Shown: positions 58,053-64,000 of the stretch, one piece after another
How positions within the stretch are numbered: position 1 is the first letter of the stretch
Layout: each line of letters opens with the position of its first letter
Assembly (NCBI GenBank): GCA_030532065.1
Contig: JAUNLW010000001.1
Location: forward strand, 304,132-368,131
Direction: 5' to 3'
Source: Eubacteriales bacterium
GTDB lineage: Bacteria > Bacillota > Clostridia > Saccharofermentanales > DTU023
Length of the DNA stretch: 64,000 nt
The notes under the pieces: generated by a model
Database searches by the model: none
What the model saw: the letters and a program-made list of their open reading frames with translations, nothing else
What the model was told of the DNA's origin: nothing
Made by a program: the position numbers and the translations under genes

Positions 58053-59762
58053 ATGGAACTGAGAAATAAAACGCTGGAATTTTTGGCAAATCATTTGCGG
58101 CTGGAAACGGCTGAAATGGCTGATATCCTGGAAATACCACCACGCCCTGAGCTGGGTGATTTGTCCATGCCTTGCTTTAAATTCGCCAAGATCATGCGCA
58201 AGGCACCTCAAGCGATTGCCAAGGAATGGGCGGCCCTTTTGGATGGCCAGGCGGATTTTCTGGAGCGAGTAACAGCGGAAGGTCCATACCTGAATTTTTA
58301 TTACCGGCGTTCTTATTTTGCGGAAAATATTTTCGCGCGGGCTGAAGCACAGCCTGATAAATTAATTAGTTTTGAACCCATTGAGCCGGAAGGCACGATT
58401 CTCGTAGAGTACTCTTCTCCTAACATCGCCAAGCCTTTCCACGTTGGCCACGGTTTTTCCACCTGCCTGGGTGATGCTCTGGCCAAAATGTTTAGCTATC
58501 GCGGCTATGACGTTAAGCGCCTTAACCACTTCGGTGACTACGGCACCCAGTTCGGCCGTCTTATTTATGCCTGGCAGCACTGGGGTGATGAGAAAGCATT
58601 AGCTGAGCAACCCATTAAGGAATTAACCCGTGTTTATGTTAAGTTCCACGAGGTAGCGGAAGAAGACGAAAGTCTCTACGACGCGGCCCGTAAGCATTTT
58701 AGCCGCCTGGAACAAGGCAAGGAGCCGGAGCTTAGTCTCTGGGAGCACTTCCGTGAAATGAGCCTGGTAGAGTTCCAACGCATTTATGAACGCCTGGATA
58801 TCAGTTTTGACTCACTTAACGGTGAAGCTTTCTATTCCGATATGATCCCGGAAGTGCTGGATATGCTCAAACAAAAGGGCCTGTTAGAGGAAAGTGAAGG
58901 AGCGGAAGTTGTTGATCTATCAGAGTTTGATCTCAATCCCTGCATCATGGTCAAGTCTGACGGCTCCAGCATCTACGCAACGCGCGATTTGGCCGCGGTT
59001 ATTTACCGTGACCGTACCTGGGATTTCTACCGCAACATGTACGTAGTTGGACGCGAACAGGCTTATCACTTCAAGCAGATTTTTGCCGTATTAAAGCGCA
59101 TGGGGCATCCTAAGGCCGACCAATGCTACCACGTAGCCTTTGGCCGGATCAGTTCCGGTACGGAAGAATTCTCTACCCGCCATGGCAAGATCATCCTGCT
59201 GGAAGATTTCCTGGATGCGACTTATAAAAAGGTCCTGGAAATTATGTCGGAGGGCAACTTCGATATGCCGGAGTCTGAGCGTGAAGCCACCGCGGAAGCT
59301 ATCGCTGTAGCCTCAGTCAAATTCTTCTACCTGAAGAGCGGACGGGAAAAAGATATTTCCTTTACTTGGGAAGATATCCTGGACTTTAACGGAGATACTG
59401 CCCCCTATATTCTTTACACTTATGCCAGAGCGCGTTCCATATTGCGCAAGGCCAGTGATTTAGACTTCAGTCAGGCCAAGGTAGAGCTCTTGGTTTCCGA
59501 TGCGGAATTTAATCTGCTCAAGGATTTGGCTGATCTGGAGCCGGCTTTGGAAGAAGCGCTTAAGCTCTACGAGCCTTCAGTCTTAGTTAGACAGATTTTG
59601 AAGCTGGTCAAGAACTTCAACCGTTTCTACCGTGAGTCTCCGATTATGAAAGAAGAGGACGCAGACCTGCGTCTGGCCCGTTTGGCCCTCTGTGAGCTTT
59701 ATACCAAAGAATTGAAGCTGGCTCTCTCGCTGCTCGGCATCCAAGTTGTAGAGAGGATGTAA
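58053..59762 (+). CDS. argS: Arginyl-tRNA synthetase
   Basis: Contains SSPNIAKPFHVGH (HIGH-type), FSTRHG (the KMSKS position) and a C-terminal DALR-type anticodon-binding helix bundle. The start is at the internal ATG 58053. Confidence 0.9.
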   Translation: MELRNKTLEFLANHLRLETAEMADILEIPPRPELGDLSMPCFKFAKIMRKAPQAIAKEWAALLDGQADFLERVTAEGPYLNFYYRRSYFAENIFARAEAQPDKLISFEPIEPEGTILVEYSSPNIAKPFHVGHGFSTCLGDALAKMFSYRGYDVKRLNHFGDYGTQFGRLIYAWQHWGDEKALAEQPIKELTRVYVKFHEVAEEDESLYDAARKHFSRLEQGKEPELSLWEHFREMSLVEFQRIYERLDISFDSLNGEAFYSDMIPEVLDMLKQKGLLEESEGAEVVDLSEFDLNPCIMVKSDGSSIYATRDLAAVIYRDRTWDFYRNMYVVGREQAYHFKQIFAVLKRMGHPKADQCYHVAFGRISSGTEEFSTRHGKIILLEDFLDATYKKVLEIMSEGNFDMPESEREATAEAIAVASVKFFYLKSGREKDISFTWEDILDFNGDTAPYILYTYARARSILRKASDLDFSQAKVELLVSDAEFNLLKDLADLEPALEEALKLYEPSVLVRQILKLVKNFNRFYRESPIMKEEDADLRLARLALCELYTKELKLALSLLGIQVVERM

Positions 59763-59772
59763 AGAGAGAACG

Positions 59773-61485
59773 ATGACTCAAGCCACGTCTGAACTTCCCA
59801 GGGATATTCCGGACTTTTCTCAGCTGGACTTCCAACTCTTGCCAACGGCGGATTTTGCCGCTTTGACCAGGGAACTGGCCCAGAAGTTTTCTCGCCAGGA
59901 AGAAGCAGAGTTGACCAAAGAAAAGCTGCTTTTGATCCACGAGCAAATTCAGCTCAGACAAAGTTTAGTTGCTTATCGCGAGATTGAAGAAGCTCTAGGG
60001 CAAGAAAAGACCGGACCTGAGCCGGAGCTTAAAATAGCCAAGGAGCAGCTGACTGACTGCCTAAACGAATCCCACTCCGCAAAGTCTTTAGTTTATGAAG
60101 CAGTGGCTACCGTACCGCTTGAATCCATGGAAGCTTCACCGGAAGATCAGGACCTCGCCTCACGCGCCTGGCGCTGGCGGAAGTTTGAGCAGCCTGTGCC
60201 GGCTGAGCTTTTCCAACGTGAGCAGGAACTAAAACAAGCCATCAGTGGTTTGCGCCCGCGTATATATCGGATCTTGGCCCGGCAAGGCCTTAGTCATCTG
60301 CCACAAGATCAAGGATCTGAAGAAAAAAGAGAAATTTTTTTCCAGGACTTAAAGCAGGAACTGGCAGACAAGGCAGAAGAACGTGAACGTCTGCTCCTGG
60401 AGATCTTTGCTGTGAGAGCAGAGATCGCGCATTATTGCTCTTACCAAAACTATTCGACTTATCACGAGGCGAGACGGGAAGAACGCAGCTTCTCCAGAGA
60501 GCAGGAGCGTTCTTTTGTCCGATCTTATTTGCAACAATTTGGACCGTTGAGAGATGAGGTAAATCGTCTCCGGGAGCAAAGATTTTCAAGAGAACTAAGT
60601 CGATGGCAGGATTTTTTCCTGATCAGCCCCAAAGGCCAGGTCCCCTGGAATCTCAAACAAGACGAAGCAATTGAGCGTTTTAATGAGGCTTTGGTGGACT
60701 TAACCGGGCACGACGACCATATTCTGCTCTCGCTGTTACGGCAGGGATATGTTAGTTATTTAGGCGAGGTGAATGAGGAGCTATCCAGTTCTACACTCTT
60801 ACCTTCAGTGCCTGCAGCATTTCTTTGCCTGCCTTTAGATTCGCCTTATCGTGGTTTGGCCCATAGTTTCTATGCTTGCGGTGAAGCGCTGGCTGATCTT
60901 TCCAGCCTTTTAAACTACCATGTGCTGGGGGCTTCCAGCCAAGATGCCTACAGTAAAGCGATTTCCGGTTATTGCTTTCTTGCGTTATCTGAGATCCTGG
61001 CTGGAGAATTTTATCCCAGCAACACCGAGTATGCCTATGACTTATCCTGGACTGAGCGTTTCCTGGCCAGCTTCTGGAGCCTGGCAACATATGAGTTGGA
61101 ACATCATCTCTACAGTCAGGAAAAAATCTCCTCAGCTAGAGATATAGATGAGCTCTGGCGGCAGCAACTGGCTATCTATTTGCCAGAGATAAATCTGGAG
61201 CTTATGAAGCCAGAGGAGTTGCGCTGGTCTTGGCATTACGCGCTTTCTCTAGCTACGGAAGCCTATCAAACGCTGGCGGGACCTCTGGGCATGGTGACAG
61301 TCTTGGCGGAACAGCCCCGACGCCACGCCAACAGTATCTTGTCCACTAAGCTTAACAACTACCTGATTACCAACCCGGGCTCAAAAATCCTTGCTCGACT
61401 CTCCGCGGCAGGTCTTGAAGCTCCTGTGTACGATAAGAGCATTGAAGCTGCCGCCTTCGCTCTTTGTGATATTCTGGAACTGTAG
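59773..61485 (+). CDS. M3B oligoendopeptidase-F-like protein with non-canonical zinc motif (YELEH)
   Basis: The length, helical N-terminal domain and C-terminal W..H....Y...G pattern resemble PepF. The HEXXH position reads LATYELEHHLY. Confidence 0.5.
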   Translation: MTQATSELPRDIPDFSQLDFQLLPTADFAALTRELAQKFSRQEEAELTKEKLLLIHEQIQLRQSLVAYREIEEALGQEKTGPEPELKIAKEQLTDCLNESHSAKSLVYEAVATVPLESMEASPEDQDLASRAWRWRKFEQPVPAELFQREQELKQAISGLRPRIYRILARQGLSHLPQDQGSEEKREIFFQDLKQELADKAEERERLLLEIFAVRAEIAHYCSYQNYSTYHEARREERSFSREQERSFVRSYLQQFGPLRDEVNRLREQRFSRELSRWQDFFLISPKGQVPWNLKQDEAIERFNEALVDLTGHDDHILLSLLRQGYVSYLGEVNEELSSSTLLPSVPAAFLCLPLDSPYRGLAHSFYACGEALADLSSLLNYHVLGASSQDAYSKAISGYCFLALSEILAGEFYPSNTEYAYDLSWTERFLASFWSLATYELEHHLYSQEKISSARDIDELWRQQLAIYLPEINLELMKPEELRWSWHYALSLATEAYQTLAGPLGMVTVLAEQPRRHANSILSTKLNNYLITNPGSKILARLSAAGLEAPVYDKSIEAAAFALCDILEL

Positions 61486-61526
61486 TAATAGGTAAAATTT
61501 AACCTAAGTATAGAAAGTGTGACGAA

Positions 61527-62126
61527 ATGAGAGTTGTCTTAGCCAGCCATAACCCTGATAAGCTCAGGGAATTTGAGCAGATTTTGCAATTAGATGACCT
61601 GGAGTTGGTCAGTCAATCCAGCCTGGGACTGGTAGAACCGGTAGAGGAGACCGGTAAGACTTACCGAGAAAATGCTCTGATCAAAGCCCAAGCCGCCTAT
61701 GATCGCTTTGGCTTACCGGTTTTGGCGGACGACTCCGGCTTGTCTGTAGATTTATTGGACGGCTATCCCGGTATTTACTCCGCGCGTTTCGCCGGCGTGG
61801 AAACCTCTTATCCCGATAAAATGATGCGTTTATGGGAATTGCTTAAACCTTATCCGCAAAATGAATGGACAGGAGCCTTTATCTGCGCTATCTGCTTTAT
61901 TGACCAACACGGAGAACCGCACTTTTATGAAGGAAAGCAGCTGGGCCTGATTCTGCCTGAGGCGCGAGGCAATAATGGTTTTGGCTATGACCCTATCTTT
62001 CTGGGACAAGGTTCTGAGCTGACCAATGCGGAACTAGATCCTGCGGAAAAACATGCCCACAGCCATCGCGGCAAGGCTCTGAATGCTTTTCGTAAAGACT
62101 GGCTGTCAGAAAAATTTGCTCTGTAA
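61527..62126 (+). CDS. rdgB: Non-canonical purine NTP pyrophosphatase (RdgB/HAM1 family)
   Basis: Contains LASHNPDKLREF, EETGKTYRENALIKA, ADDSGL and GFGYDPIF. Confidence 0.9.
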   Translation: MRVVLASHNPDKLREFEQILQLDDLELVSQSSLGLVEPVEETGKTYRENALIKAQAAYDRFGLPVLADDSGLSVDLLDGYPGIYSARFAGVETSYPDKMMRLWELLKPYPQNEWTGAFICAICFIDQHGEPHFYEGKQLGLILPEARGNNGFGYDPIFLGQGSELTNAELDPAEKHAHSHRGKALNAFRKDWLSEKFAL

Positions 62127-62149
62127 CACAGAGCCGGAGAATTAGCACA

Positions 62150-62593
62150 GTGCCTAAGCCCAAAGACCAGCACTATTATTTGATCAGTGACGAGGTTGCC
62201 TCCGATGTCCACCACAAGGTGATCTGGGTAAAGGAGCAGCTCTTGGAAGATACCGGCCTCTCAGTAAATCAAGCCTGTAAAGAAGCCGGACTTAGCCGCA
62301 GCACCTATTACAAGTATCGTCACAAAGTTTACCCTTACCAGGAACGTACCGACCACGTAAGCTATTTGTTTACGCTGATTTGTGTTTTCAACGCGGGATT
62401 TTTACGGGGCTTGGCTGACCTTTTGTCTATTTATGAGCTGGAAGTGGAGCAGTTTAACCAGCTTTACCTCAAGCAGGGCCAGAGTAAGCTCACTTTCCGA
62501 GCGGATTTTAACAGTGCGGATGAGGCGCATAATTTCTTTCAGGCTTTGGCCAATATGCGCGGGATTAGTGAGCCAAGTTACCGCGTGCTTTAG
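62150..62593 (+). CDS. UPF0735 ACT-domain protein (PheB-like)
   Basis: N-terminal HTH-like ...ACKEAGLSRSTYYKYRHKVYPY..., followed by an ACT-like C-terminal half. GTG start. Family call from memory. Confidence 0.6.
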   Translation: MPKPKDQHYYLISDEVASDVHHKVIWVKEQLLEDTGLSVNQACKEAGLSRSTYYKYRHKVYPYQERTDHVSYLFTLICVFNAGFLRGLADLLSIYELEVEQFNQLYLKQGQSKLTFRADFNSADEAHNFFQALANMRGISEPSYRVL

Positions 62594-62701
62594 CTAAAAC
62601 CCTTAATGTGACAAGCTATTTTGTCTATGCTAAAATTTTTATTTGTTAGCAGTGTCAAGCACTGCTGAGCTTATTACTGGAAAGGAGGGAGCGCATCTCT
62701 T

Positions 62702-63712
62702 ATGTCCAATTGGTTTATTGAAGTAGAGACTTGGAGATTTTACCGCTTGCGGTCCGAGCAATTTGTCCGCTACGGTTTTGTGGGACTTTTCTTACTGCGT
62801 CTTTTAGCCTATTTGGCTCCGGTTCAAGCTCCCGACTTTAGCGCTTTAAGTTATCCGGAGTTGTTCAATCCGGAAGAGTTTGAAGTTATCCTACATAAGG
62901 TATTTGACGGAAGTACAACCTTCTTTATTCTAGAAGTTGCGCTATTATTTGTGGCTGCCATGTTTGTCCTTACCTACGCGCTGACTTTTATACTGGAAGA
63001 GACGATCTATCTTCCGGAGGGCGAGACCGACGAGCTGACTAAGCGTTTAAAGCTAAATTTAGAGAATTTCCGTATGCGGATCCATTTAAGTCGTCTGATC
63101 CGTCAGAGCATGGCGCAACAAGGCAGCGGTATGCCTTTTGACCCAGATAGCTGGCCGGATACGGAAGACCCAGAATTTATGCCTGCCTTCCCCAGCCTAC
63201 AGGAACCTGGCGGCAGCCTGGCGCAGGACTGGTCTGGCCTGGGACTGAGCGCAAAATACAAGAGCCCGGTGAGAGCTGCCTTTGCCAGTTTGCTTCCAGC
63301 CATGCCTAAAATCATCCTCTTCTATCTGGTCTTGTTGTTGGTTTCCGGCATATCCGTGTTCCTAATGGGTATACCTTTGCTATATTTTATGGGTGCTTAT
63401 CAGATGGTTCCTCTTTATTTCGTGGAAAAGCAAAGTTGGACCGGCGCCTTCCAGAAGTCTAAAAAAGACACTTATGGCTTTAAAATTTTTATCTTGTCTA
63501 AGTACTTTGCCTTTAATCTGCTTTTCCTGCTGGCGCAAAATATTGCTGTGGTAAGTTTCGCGAGTGAGACGACCAGCCTTTATCTAATTGAGAGTCTGAT
63601 CTTCAGCCTTAAATGTCTGGTTTATGGTCGTTTCCTGGGCCTCATTTATTTGACGGTTGCTAAGCGCGAACGCCACACGATTTCTGATCCAACGATGACT
63701 TCCGGCTTATGA
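62702..63712 (+). CDS. Hypothetical polytopic membrane protein
   Basis: Long ORF behind AAAGGAGGGAG with several hydrophobic helices. No motif recognised. Confidence 0.5.
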   Translation: MSNWFIEVETWRFYRLRSEQFVRYGFVGLFLLRLLAYLAPVQAPDFSALSYPELFNPEEFEVILHKVFDGSTTFFILEVALLFVAAMFVLTYALTFILEETIYLPEGETDELTKRLKLNLENFRMRIHLSRLIRQSMAQQGSGMPFDPDSWPDTEDPEFMPAFPSLQEPGGSLAQDWSGLGLSAKYKSPVRAAFASLLPAMPKIILFYLVLLLVSGISVFLMGIPLLYFMGAYQMVPLYFVEKQSWTGAFQKSKKDTYGFKIFILSKYFAFNLLFLLAQNIAVVSFASETTSLYLIESLIFSLKCLVYGRFLGLIYLTVAKRERHTISDPTMTSGL

Positions 63713-63767
63713 CCTTAGATAACTTTTCTCGCCAGCCAATTCATTTGTACGGAAAGGAAGTTATCAC

Positions 63768-64000
63768 ATGGTTATCGATCTGGAGGCAAAAATCCGCGAG
63801 ATAGAAGAACATCGCGCACTATTAGATCAACTTATTCAAGCCCTGAAACCCCAGGAAAAACAAGAAAAAATACAACGTTTACAGGCGGAAACGCTTAAAG
63901 AAGATTTCTGGACCCGTCCGACGGAAGCTAAGGAGATCCAACAAGAGATCAGTCGCCTAAATGATAGCTGCCATTCTTTGGCCAGGCTCGAGGCGGCTTA
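63768..64000 (+). CDS. prfB: Peptide chain release factor 2, N-terminal part (runs off window)
   Basis: ATG behind GGAAAGGAAG. The frame is open to the window end. The coiled-coil N-terminus with ...LKEDFWTRPTEAKEIQQEISRL... matches the RF2 pattern (DP-FW-D...A). It is absent from the ORF track because there is no stop inside the window. Confidence 0.7.
   Translation, partial: MVIDLEAKIREIEEHRALLDQLIQALKPQEKQEKIQRLQAETLKEDFWTRPTEAKEIQQEISRLNDSCHSLARLEAA

Noticed and set aside
1-64000. Numerous 60-150-aa ORFs antisense to, or out of frame within, the large genes (for example 3082-3441, 4184-4526, 8726-9172, 10384-10722, 55175-55558, 53025-53399)
   Set aside because: They lie entirely inside well-supported conserved genes, have low-complexity or Arg/Ser/Pro-rich shadow-frame composition, and have no RBS.
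1-64000. CRISPR arrays, rRNA or tRNA genes, IS elements, group II introns
   Set aside because: I saw no regularly spaced repeat arrays, no rRNA- or tRNA-like structures other than the tmRNA, and no transposase, integrase or reverse-transcriptase ORFs.

Overview
This window looks like Firmicutes (Clostridia-type) core chromosome, about half G+C by eye. Nearly all genes are co-oriented on the + strand in classic housekeeping blocks. The blocks are: uppS-cdsA-dxr-rseP-ispG-polC; priA-def-fmt-(Zn peptidase)-rsmB-rlmN-stp-prkC-rsgA-rpe-thiN; tyrS; pta-ackA; proS; rpmF; der; typA; mltG; (G5/3D protein)-ksgA; zapA-dut; tsaD; smpB-(PP2C)-ssrA; ppx-ppk1; argS; rdgB; and the start of prfB. I saw no rRNA, tRNA, CRISPR array, transposase or integrase. 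The one clearly accessory stretch is a visibly AT-rich islet of about 4.9 kb (46274-51197) lying directly 3' of the tmRNA gene. It carries an overlapping McrB-like GTPase / McrC-like nuclease pair, and the McrB-like protein has an N-terminal region of about 290 aa that I cannot assign. The islet also holds several decayed gene fragments: an ADP-ribosylglycohydrolase pseudogene, a frameshift-split Xis/HTH-like mini-gene and other remnants. It further contains 20-bp phased TTTGCAC repeats, and I found no integrase or att duplication. McrBC itself is a known type IV restriction family, so any novelty lies in the sensor region and the context, not the motor. Outside the islet, the points worth a second look are as follows. 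The PolC proofreading-exonuclease motifs look degenerate. The dUTPase has an insertion of about 60 aa. An M3-peptidase-like protein has YELEH in place of HEXXH. A NYN+OST-HTH (LOTUS) protein is present. A sortase carries a long Pro/Arg/Gln-rich tail. ksgA contains a perfect 18-bp in-frame duplication. All calls rest on reading the translations and sequence by eye. No searches were run, hand-derived coordinates for small elements may be off by 1-2 nt, and all alignments are manual.
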